A stretch of 64,000 nt of DNA from Dehalococcoidia bacterium. Its GTDB lineage: Bacteria; Chloroflexota; Dehalococcoidia; Bin125. Of this stretch, positions 39,175-47,748 are shown piece by piece. The notes beneath the pieces were generated by a model that saw only the letters and a list, made by a program, of their open reading frames with translations, searched no databases and was not told where the DNA came from. Where the stretch lies: the NCBI GenBank assembly GCA_963663235.2, contig CAXXNO010000006.1, positions 160,001 through 224,000 of the forward strand, written 5' to 3'. How positions within the stretch are numbered: position 1 is the first letter of the stretch; each line of letters starts with the position of its first letter. The position numbers were made by a program, and so were the translations under genes.

Positions 39175-40134
39175 CTAGGTATCGGGCGGGCGGTTGGGGT
39201 TCATATCGCGCGCGAGGGGGGAGCCGGGGACAGCGGCGTCGATGGCGTCGAGGGTCCAGCCGCCCTCGCGGATGAAGGCGGCCTCGACGAGCGGCTCGGC
39301 ATAAAGGCCGATGCGGCCGCCGCCGACGAAGAAGGTGCGGCCGTTGATGCGGGCGGCGTTGTCCGTGCACAGCCACACGACGAAGGGGGCCACAGTGGCG
39401 GGCCGCCAGGCGTCCGCCTTCAGGCCCTCACCGGCGAGGACGATCTCTTCCGGCATAGGGGGGTCGGCGAACTGGCCGGGCCGCTGGCGTAGCTCGCGCA
39501 TGCGCTCCAGATTCGCTTCGAGGTCCGGGTTCACCGTCATGCGTGTGTTGGCGGCGGGCCGGATGGCGTTGCAGGTCACGCCGTAGCGGCCAAGGTCTTT
39601 GGCCACCGTGCGCGTCAGCCCGACGATCGCCTCCTTGGCCGAGGAATAGGCAGCGTGACCCATGGCGCCAAGGCCGGCGGGCGAGGCCGTATTGACGATG
39701 CGCCCCGAGCGCTGCGGCCGAAAGATCTGCGAGGCGAACTTGACGCAGCTGAAAGCGCCCTTGAGGTGCACGTCCAGTTGGCGGTCCCACTCTTCCTGCG
39801 ACACCTTCCAGACCATCTGCTCCCGCAACACCCCGGCGTTGTTCACTAAGATGTCGAGGCGGCCGAAGGAATCGAGGGCCGCCTGGACCAAGTGCTCAGC
39901 GCCGTCATGGAGGGCGACGGAGTCGTAATTCGGGACGGCTTCGCCGCCGGCGTCGCGGATGGCCTGCGCCACGACATCGGCGGGGGTGTGGCTCTCGTCG
40001 CCGGACGCGCTCCCGCCGATGTCGCTGACGACGACGCGTGCGCCTTCGGCGGCGAGGGCCAGCGCCTCCTCGCGCCCGATGCCACCGCCTGCGCCGGTGA
40101 CGATAGCCACGCGCCCCTTGAGCCGGTCGCCCAC
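39175..40134 (-). CDS. SDR family oxidoreductase (tandem paralog)
   Basis: GTG start after GGAGGTG; TGAGGGIG, NNAG, YSSAK. Confidence 0.92.
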   Translation of the reverse strand: MGDRLKGRVAIVTGAGGGIGREEALALAAEGARVVVSDIGGSASGDESHTPADVVAQAIRDAGGEAVPNYDSVALHDGAEHLVQAALDSFGRLDILVNNAGVLREQMVWKVSQEEWDRQLDVHLKGAFSCVKFASQIFRPQRSGRIVNTASPAGLGAMGHAAYSSAKEAIVGLTRTVAKDLGRYGVTCNAIRPAANTRMTVNPDLEANLERMRELRQRPGQFADPPMPEEIVLAGEGLKADAWRPATVAPFVVWLCTDNAARINGRTFFVGGGRIGLYAEPLVEAAFIREGGWTLDAIDAAVPGSPLARDMNPNRPPDT

Positions 40135-40175
40135 CGCGTCACCTCCACATCGGTGCTGCGCCGCGCCCGCCACCG

Positions 40176-41138
40176 CTACTCGTCGATCAGTTGCGGGTTC
40201 ATATCGCGGGCGAGGAAGGAGTTGGGCATGGCGGCGTCGATGGCGTCGACGGTCCAGCCGTCCTCGTGGAACAGCGCCGCCTCCACGATCGGCTCGGTGA
40301 AGAGGCCGATCTGATCGCCACCGACAAGGAAGGTGCGGCCGTTGATGTGCTTCGCCTGTTCGGTGCAAAGCCAGACGACCATGGGCGCGACGTTCTCCGC
40401 CCGGTAGAGGTCGGCCGAGGGCCCACCGCTCAGGAGCAAGAAAGCTTCCTGCTCGGGCGTGGCGAATTGGCCGGGCTTCTTGCGGAGCTCGGCCATGCGC
40501 TCCGAGGCGGCCTTCAACTCCGGATTCAGTGTCATGCGGGTGGCCGCCCGGGGCCGGATGGCGTTGCAGGTGACGTTGTAGCGGCCCAGGTCCTTGGCGA
40601 CGGTGCGCGTCAACCCGGCGATGCCCTCCTTGGCCGCGCCGTAGGACGCCTGACCCATGCTTCCCAACCCCGCCTCCGAGGAGGTGTTGACGATCCGGCC
40701 CCAGCGCTGCTGGCGGAAGATCTGGGAAGCGAAGCGGATGCAGGCGAAGTGCCCCTTGAGGTGCACACCGACCACTCGGTCCCACTCGTCCTCGGGGATG
40801 TTGTAGATCATGCGGTCGCGGAGGATGCCGGCGTTGTTGACGAGGATGTCGAGGCGATCGAAGGAGTCGAGCGCGGCCTGGACGATGCGTTCCGCCCCGG
40901 CCATGTCGGCGACCGACTCGTAGTTGGCGACCGCGTCACCGCCGGCGTCGCGGATCTCCTGGACCACGGCGTCGGCAGGACCGCTGCCGGCGTCGGCGGC
41001 GTCACCGTCCTGGCCGCCTCCGAGGTCGTTGACCACAACCTTTGCGCCCTCGGCCGCGAGGAGCATCGCCTCGCCACGGCCGATGCCGCGACCGGCGCCC
41101 GTGACGATAGCCACCCGGCCCTGCAATCGATCGCTCAT
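40176..41138 (-). CDS. SDR family oxidoreductase (tandem paralog)
   Basis: TGAGRGIG, NNAG, YGAAK. Confidence 0.92.
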   Translation of the reverse strand: MSDRLQGRVAIVTGAGRGIGRGEAMLLAAEGAKVVVNDLGGGQDGDAADAGSGPADAVVQEIRDAGGDAVANYESVADMAGAERIVQAALDSFDRLDILVNNAGILRDRMIYNIPEDEWDRVVGVHLKGHFACIRFASQIFRQQRWGRIVNTSSEAGLGSMGQASYGAAKEGIAGLTRTVAKDLGRYNVTCNAIRPRAATRMTLNPELKAASERMAELRKKPGQFATPEQEAFLLLSGGPSADLYRAENVAPMVVWLCTEQAKHINGRTFLVGGDQIGLFTEPIVEAALFHEDGWTVDAIDAAMPNSFLARDMNPQLIDE

Positions 41139-41251
41139 CAGCGTGCCTCCCTCGACTAGACCAGTCCGCGGGCGCCATTATGGCCGAGGCAGGGCCGGCG
41201 GGCCAGGCGGGGGTAAGGCTGGTGGGTCTGGGCTGTACGAGCGGGGCGGCC

Positions 41252-41283
41252 TTGACAAATTACGTTCAAGTGTGTAAACAATA
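41252..41283 (+). promoter_or_regulatory. Putative sigma70 promoter
   Basis: TTGACA at 41252, 17-nt spacer, then TAAACAAT in an AT-rich island. Confidence 0.45.
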
Positions 41284-41321
41284 AGACAGATCTTGGTGGC
41301 GGGGTCGAGGAGTGACCCCGC

Positions 41322-41633
41322 ATGGTACACGCGCAGGTTCACCGATTCGACCTCGCAGAGCTTCTGCCCGTCGCGAGCGAGTGCACAGTCCTGAGCCCCA
41401 GTGGCACGGTTCTCGGCAAAGGCCGTGTGATCCCGCGCGAGCAGGAGCACACGGAAGAGGCGTACAGCGTGCAGATCGCCGAGGTGACCCCGAAGGGGGT
41501 CCTGGAGTCGCTGATGTACGCCGACAGGCCGGAGGTTGCGCTCCGCCTAGACGGGGGAGCGGAACTGGACGTGCGACTGGACCACATCACCGGCGCGCCC
41601 AGCCGGCGACGGTTCTTCTGCCACTTGCGTTAG
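41322..41633 (+). CDS. Hypothetical protein
   Basis: GAGGAG RBS; 103 aa; follows the promoter. Confidence 0.65.
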   Translation: MVHAQVHRFDLAELLPVASECTVLSPSGTVLGKGRVIPREQEHTEEAYSVQIAEVTPKGVLESLMYADRPEVALRLDGGAELDVRLDHITGAPSRRRFFCHLR

Positions 41634-41675
41634 CGGCGGTCGACGGAGCGGGCAGCGCGACCGTAGGATCGGTCG

Positions 41676-42878
41676 GTGCTGACCGTCGTCACCGGGCAAC
41701 TTCTCGCGAAGAAACTCCGCAGCCTGCTCACCGTCGTCGGGTTCGGCGTCTGCGTGAACCTATACATCGTGGTGACGACGGTGATGAAGTTCATCTCCGA
41801 AGACCTGGACTTGCAAGTGCAGCGGTTCACCGGGCGGCTCATGGTGCAGACACGGTCCGAGCCGGGAGTGACGGGGATCGAATGGCCGCCGATCTCATCG
41901 GTGATCCCGAGTGACACTGCGTACGCGATCCTGGAATCGCCGCACGTCGACCGACTGAACTCGTCGCCGGTGTCGTTCGCGGCGCTGGCACCGCCACCGT
42001 TTCCGACGGCACCGCCGGAGGCGCTTCTGGTGGGGCTGGAGCGCGGGCGGGAGAATACCTTCCTGGCGAACGCGCCGGCGCTGATGGGGGCGAATCACTT
42101 CTCGGGCGACGGGGACCGGAACCAGGTCATCCTGGGCGTGCTATCGGCCCGGTACCTGGCGGGGAAGGCGAGCGCCACCACGCAAGTCGACACGCCCATC
42201 GGCGCGATCACGCTGGCGGCGGTGGGCAGCCGGGTGGAGATCCGCGGGCAAGAGTTCACCGTGGCAGGGATCATCGAGCCGGAGACGAACCAACTGCTGC
42301 GTTCCTGCGTCGTGATGCCGCTCGATGCGGCGCGGGAGATCCTGGGGCAAACGGAGAGCGTCAGCGCGGCGATCGTCACGCCGAAGCGGGCGTCCGACAT
42401 CGCGCCGTTGCAGGAGGAGATCGAGCGGCGGCATCCGTCGCTCATGGTGGTGAACGACCAACAGCTGGCCAGGAACGCCGAGGGGCTGCTGGAGCGCACC
42501 AACCAGTTCTTCGCGGTGATCCGCTGGACCGCGATCGCCGTGGCAGCGCTGCTGATCACCGTCGTGATGTTCGTGGCCGTGCTGGAGCGCACCAAGGAGC
42601 TGGGCACCCTGCGGGCGATCGGCGCACCGGCGTCGGCGATCATGGGCATGATCCTGGCGGAGGCGCTGGCCGTGGCGCTGGCGGGGTCGGCGTTGGGGGT
42701 GCCGCTGTCGCGGCTGGTGATCGCGAAGGCGCTGGGGCCGGATGCGGCGGGGATCCGCAACCGCCGGGTCGAGGCGCAATCTGTGGCGCTGCTGACAGCG
42801 CTGGGGTTGCTGGCGGCCGTGCTGCCAGCGGCGCGGGCCGTGCGCGTGGACCCCATCGTCGCGCTGCGCTACGAATAG
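41676..42878 (+). CDS. ABC transporter permease, MacB/FtsX family
   Basis: KKLRSLLTVVG, VLERTKELGTLRAIGA, PAARAVRVDPIVALRYE. Confidence 0.9.
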   Translation: MLTVVTGQLLAKKLRSLLTVVGFGVCVNLYIVVTTVMKFISEDLDLQVQRFTGRLMVQTRSEPGVTGIEWPPISSVIPSDTAYAILESPHVDRLNSSPVSFAALAPPPFPTAPPEALLVGLERGRENTFLANAPALMGANHFSGDGDRNQVILGVLSARYLAGKASATTQVDTPIGAITLAAVGSRVEIRGQEFTVAGIIEPETNQLLRSCVVMPLDAAREILGQTESVSAAIVTPKRASDIAPLQEEIERRHPSLMVVNDQQLARNAEGLLERTNQFFAVIRWTAIAVAALLITVVMFVAVLERTKELGTLRAIGAPASAIMGMILAEALAVALAGSALGVPLSRLVIAKALGPDAAGIRNRRVEAQSVALLTALGLLAAVLPAARAVRVDPIVALRYE

Positions 42879-42881
42879 GCC

Positions 42882-43592
42882 ATGGGCAACGGCTGGAAGG
42901 CCATTCTCTCGGCGCGAGGGCTGAGCCGCGACTTCCGCGTGGGGGACAGCACCGTTCACGCCCTGCGCGACGCGAACCTCGACGTCAATCCAGGCGACTT
43001 CGTCGCGGTGGTGGGGCCGAGCGGCAGCGGGAAATCGACCCTGCTGTACCTGCTGGGGCTCATCGACTCGCCGAGTCGAGGCGAGGTGTTGATCCTGGGC
43101 AAACCCGCCCAGCATTTCGGGCGGGAGCGTCGCGCGCAGCAACGGCTGACGTTGCTGGGCTTCGTCTTCCAAACGTTCAACCTGCTCCAAGTCCTCACGG
43201 CCCGGCAGAACATCGAGATCGTCCTGCAACTGGCGGGTGTGCCCAAGAAGAAGCGACGGGCGCGCGCGGAAGCGCTGCTGGAGGCGGTGGGGTTGGGCGA
43301 GCGGATGGAGCATCGGCCGACGGATCTCTCCGGCGGCGAACGCCAGCGCGTCGCGATCGCCCGAGCGCTGGCGAACGAGCCGGCGGTGCTGCTGGCGGAC
43401 GAACCCACGGGCAACCTGGATTCGCAGACCGGGCACGAGGTGATGTCGCTGCTGGAGCAGTTGAACCGGGCGGGACAAACGATCGTCATGGTGACGCACA
43501 ACCTGGCGATGGCGCGTCACGCCCGGCGGCTCTTCGTCATGCGCGACGGGTGGCTGGAGGAGCAGAGTCCGGAAGAGATGCCCGCGGACTGA
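42882..43592 (+). CDS. ABC transporter ATP-binding protein (LolD/MacB-like)
   Basis: GPSGSGKST, LSGGERQRVAIARAL, LADEPTGNLD. Confidence 0.95.
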   Translation: MGNGWKAILSARGLSRDFRVGDSTVHALRDANLDVNPGDFVAVVGPSGSGKSTLLYLLGLIDSPSRGEVLILGKPAQHFGRERRAQQRLTLLGFVFQTFNLLQVLTARQNIEIVLQLAGVPKKKRRARAEALLEAVGLGERMEHRPTDLSGGERQRVAIARALANEPAVLLADEPTGNLDSQTGHEVMSLLEQLNRAGQTIVMVTHNLAMARHARRLFVMRDGWLEEQSPEEMPAD

Positions 43593-43653
43593 GCGCGCGG
43601 CGGCGTTGACCGGCCGGAAGGGGCGGGCCTAACCTCTGCGGGCTGGAGGGCGT

Positions 43654-44577
43654 ATGCGTATCGCGATCATCGGGCAGGCGGCGTTCGGGGCGGCGGTGTA
43701 CGAGGGGTTGCGCGCCGACGGGCACACCATCGTCGGGGTGTTCACGGCGCCGGAGGGGGCGCGCCCCGACCCCTTGGCAGAAGCGGCGCGCGGGCATGGA
43801 GTGGCGGTGGTGCAGCCGCAGCGCTGGCAACGCAAAGGGGTGGTCGACGAGGGCGTCTTGGAGGCGTACGCCGCCACGCAGCCCGAGCTCAACGTGATGG
43901 CGTTCGTGACGCAGATCATTCCCGAGCGGGTACTGGACCACCCGGCGCAGGGCACCATCCAGTACCACCCCAGCCTGTTGCCCAAGCACCGGGGGCGGAG
44001 CGCGATCAACCACGCCCTCCTCCAGGGCGACAGCGAGACGGGGATCTCGATCTTCTGGGTCGACGCCGGGATCGACACGGGGCCGATCCTGCTCCAGCGC
44101 CGGTGTCCCATTCGTGAGAACGAGACAATCAACAGTCTGTACCGCGAGCAACTGTTCCCCTTGGGGCTGGAGGCGATGCTGGAGGCGGTGCGGCTTGTGG
44201 CCGCGTCGGATGCGCCGCGGATGCCGCAGGACGAAGCCCAGGCCACCTACGAGGCGCCCTGGGAGGGCGACATCGCGCGGATCGACTGGAGCCAACCGGC
44301 GGCCGTGGTGCACAACTTCATCCGCGGGAGCGACCGTCAGCCGGGTGCGTGGACCACCGCCGAGGAAGAGAAAGTCACGCTCTACGGGTCGTCGCGGGTA
44401 GAGGCGGAGGCCGGACCCGCGGGCTCGATCGCCGCCGTCAGCGACGAGGGGGTCGTGGTGCGCTGCGGCGAGAGCGCCGTGCGCGTGGACACGGCGCTCC
44501 CGGGCGGCGGGAAACGGATCGCGGCGTCGGAGTGGGCCCGAGCTGCCAGCGTCGCGGCGGGGGCGCAACTCAAGTAA
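43654..44577 (+). CDS. Formyltransferase-family protein resembling the N-terminal hydrolase domain of 10-formyl-THF dehydrogenase
   Basis: IAIIGQAAFG, YHPSLLPKHRGRSAIN, IFWVDAGIDTG, LYREQLFPLG, ATYE. Confidence 0.82.
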   Translation: MRIAIIGQAAFGAAVYEGLRADGHTIVGVFTAPEGARPDPLAEAARGHGVAVVQPQRWQRKGVVDEGVLEAYAATQPELNVMAFVTQIIPERVLDHPAQGTIQYHPSLLPKHRGRSAINHALLQGDSETGISIFWVDAGIDTGPILLQRRCPIRENETINSLYREQLFPLGLEAMLEAVRLVAASDAPRMPQDEAQATYEAPWEGDIARIDWSQPAAVVHNFIRGSDRQPGAWTTAEEEKVTLYGSSRVEAEAGPAGSIAAVSDEGVVVRCGESAVRVDTALPGGGKRIAASEWARAASVAAGAQLK

Positions 44578-44694
44578 CGGCGAGCGTCGCTCCCGGGCGG
44601 GCCGGCAGTGATACGCTCAATTCCAGACCCAGGCTTGCAAGGCAGAGCGCCGCCCGCGATCCCGCGCGGCGGATTGGAACGGAACCAAGGCATC

Positions 44695-45591
44695 ATGATC
44701 GGCTGGAACGGGGCGAAGACACTCTTCCTCATCGTGCTGCTGAGCGGGGTGCTACTCGTGGTGGGGCAACTGGTGGGGGGATTCGTGGGGCTAGCTGTGT
44801 TCGCGGTGATCGCGTTCGCGATGAACATCTTCGCGTTCTGGAAGTCCGACAGCGCCGTACTGAAAATGATGCGGGCGCGCGAAGTGAGCCCGCAAGAAGC
44901 GCCGGGGTTGCACCGGATCGTGGAGCGGGCGGCGGATCAGGCGGGGCTGCCCAAGCCCAAGGTCTACGTGATGGACAACCCCGCGCCGAACGCCTTCGCC
45001 ACAGGCCGCAGCCCAAGTCACGCCGCCGTCGCCGCGACCACCGGGATCATGGGGTTGCTGACCGAGCGGGAGCTGGCCGGGGTGTTCGCCCATGAGCTAG
45101 CGCACGTCAAGAATCGCGACACGCTGATCAACACGATCGTGGCGATGCTGGCGACCACGATCATGATCATCGCGATGATCGCTCGCTTCAGTCTGTTCTT
45201 CGGCCTCATGTTCGCCGGCGGCGGCCGGGGCGGGCGGGGCGACCTGGGGCAACTGGCGGGCGTGCTGGCCCTGGCGATTTTGGCGCCGCTGGTCGCCACG
45301 CTGATCCGGTTCGCGATCTCGCGGGCGCGGGAGTTCAGCGCCGACGAGACCGGCGCGCGAAACTCGCAAGATGCGGAGGCGCTGGCGTCGGCGCTGACGA
45401 AGCTGCACATGGCGGCCGAGGGCCAGCCAGAGCGCGCGCGGGCATCGACGGCGACGGCGGCGGCGGCACACCTGTTCATCGTGAACCCGCTGGCCGGGGG
45501 CGCGGGCAAGTGGTTCTCCAGCCACCCGCCGCTGGAGCAGCGAGTGGAGCGGCTGCGGAAGATCGGCAAGGAACAGGGGCAGTGGTTCTAG
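44695..45591 (+). CDS. htpX: Zinc metalloprotease HtpX (M48)
   Basis: PNAFATGR, HELAHVKNRD, SRAREFSAD, SSHPP. Confidence 0.92.
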   Translation: MIGWNGAKTLFLIVLLSGVLLVVGQLVGGFVGLAVFAVIAFAMNIFAFWKSDSAVLKMMRAREVSPQEAPGLHRIVERAADQAGLPKPKVYVMDNPAPNAFATGRSPSHAAVAATTGIMGLLTERELAGVFAHELAHVKNRDTLINTIVAMLATTIMIIAMIARFSLFFGLMFAGGGRGGRGDLGQLAGVLALAILAPLVATLIRFAISRAREFSADETGARNSQDAEALASALTKLHMAAEGQPERARASTATAAAAHLFIVNPLAGGAGKWFSSHPPLEQRVERLRKIGKEQGQWF

Positions 45592-45598
45592 GCCGGGC

Positions 45599-45853
45599 TC
45601 ATGCCACGGGCGCCTTGCCGTGGGCGCGCCGTCCGTGGATGTGAAAGTTCTCTTCCCCCACAAAGGTCTTGCCGCAGACCGGGCAGTCGTAGCGCTTGTG
45701 CTTGGGGAGCAAGCGCTGGACGTAGTGCTCATCGATGAGGCGATCATCGGTGGGCAAGCCGGCGAGATCGAAGAGTTCGCCGCGTTCCAACCGGCGGCCG
45801 CCGTAGATGCAGGGACGGATGGCCCAAGCGCCAGAGGCGGGTCCAGCGTTCAT
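45599..45853 (-). CDS. 84-aa protein with a classical C2H2 zinc finger
   Basis: YDCPVCGKTFVGEENFHIHGRRAH = C-x2-C-x3-F-x5-F-x2-H-x4-H. Confidence 0.72.
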   Translation of the reverse strand: MNAGPASGAWAIRPCIYGGRRLERGELFDLAGLPTDDRLIDEHYVQRLLPKHKRYDCPVCGKTFVGEENFHIHGRRAHGKAPVA

Positions 45854-45866
45854 ATCGACGAGGCGG

Positions 45867-47627
45867 CTAGCTGAGAAAGCGGCGCAGGGTGGGGAGCACG
45901 TCCGACTCCACCAACGAGGGCGCGTGGCCAATGCCGAGCGCCTCGACGAGATGCGCTTCAGTGATGGTGGTGCGGAGCTGCTCCGCCACTTCGGTTGAGA
46001 GGATATCGCTCTTCGCTCCGCGCACGATGATCGTGGGGCACTGCACCAAGCGAGCCGAAGCCCAGAGGTCGACATCCTGGATCATCTGCTGCTCGGTGAG
46101 CTGCTGCCGGAAAGCGGGGTCGAACTTCCACGCCAGAGCGCCATTCTGCTGCGGCCGCACGCTGTACTCGACGAAGGTCTGCAAGACGGCATCGTCGTAG
46201 TCACTGAGGACGGGGTAGTTATCGCGCCACCAGTGGATGGCGGTCTCCATGGAGGGAAACGTGGCGGGCGAATCGCGGATATAGGAGCGGATCCGATCTT
46301 CGCCGACGTGGTTGGCCTCGGGCCCGCTGTCATTGATCACGAGTCGCGTGACCGTGCCGGGCCGGGCGCCGGCGTAGGCCAGCGCGATATCGGCGCCGAG
46401 GGCCGTCCCGATCACTGAGACCGACGACACCTGGAGCTCGACGATGAGTTTGTCCAGATCGCGCACGTGAGTGCTGAGGCGATAGTCCTGGTCCGGGGCC
46501 CAAGCGGAGTCGCCGTGGCCGCGCAAATCGACCGCGACCAAGTAATGGGAGCCGACGAGCTGGTGGGCCAGCGCATCGTAGTTGTGGGCATTGCCGGTGA
46601 GGCCGTGGAGCAAGATGATCGCGGGCTGCTGCGGCGAGCCCCAGGCCAGATAGTGGAGTTGCACTCCCGCCGATGCGAACGCCGAGCGTGGCTCGGCCAC
46701 GACGGGCTCCAGGCTGGGAGTGGGCTCCAGCTCCTCGGCGACCGGCGCCGCCTCAGGCCAGGGGCGGCGCGGTACCGACACCTCGGGCTGCTGGTGGCGC
46801 GTCGCCGCGGATGGCGCGACCTCCGACCAGGGCGCGGGTGGCTCGGCGCTCAGCGAGGGGGCGGGCGGCGGCGGGGCTAGCGGTGGCGCGGGTGGCTCGG
46901 CGATCAGCGAGGGGGCAGGCGGCGGGGCCTGGGGCGGCGCGACGTCCGGCAAGGAGGCGGGGTGGGGCTCGGGCGGCGCGGGCTGGAGAGCCTGGGGCGG
47001 CGAGGGGGCGGGCTCGGGCGGCGCGGGCTGAAGAGCCTGGGGCGGCGCGACGTCCAGCGAGGGCGCGCGCTCTGGCGGCGTGGGGTGGAAATCCTGGGAC
47101 GGCGCGGTCTCCAGAGCCCTGGCTGGGAACGTGATCCGTTCGGGAGCGGCGGGCGTCTCGGGGACGGCGGGCTCCGGCGCGGCGCCCGGCTGTTCGTGGG
47201 AGCCGGGTGCGGGCGCGGCTCGCGCTGCTCGGATCACATCGCGGCCGAGAACGTCGCTTGGGAAGCGGACGCCCTCCGGTCGCGGGGGCACCGGGTGGGT
47301 GATCTGTCCTTCGCGGTAGGGACGACCGGCGGGGGCACGCTGCGTCCATTCCGTGAGTCGCTCACGGGCGCGGGCGGCGACTGCGTCAGTCTCGAGCGCG
47401 GGCTCGGTGGGGGACGGGGGGTTCGCGAGGGAGACAGCGCTCCTCGGGGGCTGGGCTGCGCCTGAGGACGTCGCGGTAGGGATCGGGGCGACGGCCGGCC
47501 GAGCGCGGAGCGAGAGCAGCACCGCCGCGATCAGAAACGACAACACCGCGCCGGTGGCCGCGATGACGATCAGCAGGATAACGACGATCAAACCTGCTGT
47601 GTCGTTGGCGTTGAATGCGATATCCAT
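45867..47627 (-). CDS. Membrane-anchored alpha/beta-hydrolase-fold protein with Pro-rich linker
   Basis: N-terminal TM, about 270-aa Pro/Ala-rich region, LLHGLTG, DLRGHGDS, GTALG, GHAP. Confidence 0.82.
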   Translation of the reverse strand: MDIAFNANDTAGLIVVILLIVIAATGAVLSFLIAAVLLSLRARPAVAPIPTATSSGAAQPPRSAVSLANPPSPTEPALETDAVAARARERLTEWTQRAPAGRPYREGQITHPVPPRPEGVRFPSDVLGRDVIRAARAAPAPGSHEQPGAAPEPAVPETPAAPERITFPARALETAPSQDFHPTPPERAPSLDVAPPQALQPAPPEPAPSPPQALQPAPPEPHPASLPDVAPPQAPPPAPSLIAEPPAPPLAPPPPAPSLSAEPPAPWSEVAPSAATRHQQPEVSVPRRPWPEAAPVAEELEPTPSLEPVVAEPRSAFASAGVQLHYLAWGSPQQPAIILLHGLTGNAHNYDALAHQLVGSHYLVAVDLRGHGDSAWAPDQDYRLSTHVRDLDKLIVELQVSSVSVIGTALGADIALAYAGARPGTVTRLVINDSGPEANHVGEDRIRSYIRDSPATFPSMETAIHWWRDNYPVLSDYDDAVLQTFVEYSVRPQQNGALAWKFDPAFRQQLTEQQMIQDVDLWASARLVQCPTIIVRGAKSDILSTEVAEQLRTTITEAHLVEALGIGHAPSLVESDVLPTLRRFLS

Positions 47628-47748
47628 CGGCTACACCCGCGGCAACTATAGCAATGTCGTACCGAACAGGCCCGTACATCTGGCCCCAGCGCGTCGACCC
47701 CGCGTAGAATCCGGTCGCACCCGCCCGCGCAAAGAGGGGAAGGCGTCG

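Noticed and set aside
39175-40785. 536-aa extended SDR
   Set aside because: The N-terminal part is an off-frame overlap of the upstream SDR; the real start is GTG 40134 with a GGAGGTG RBS.
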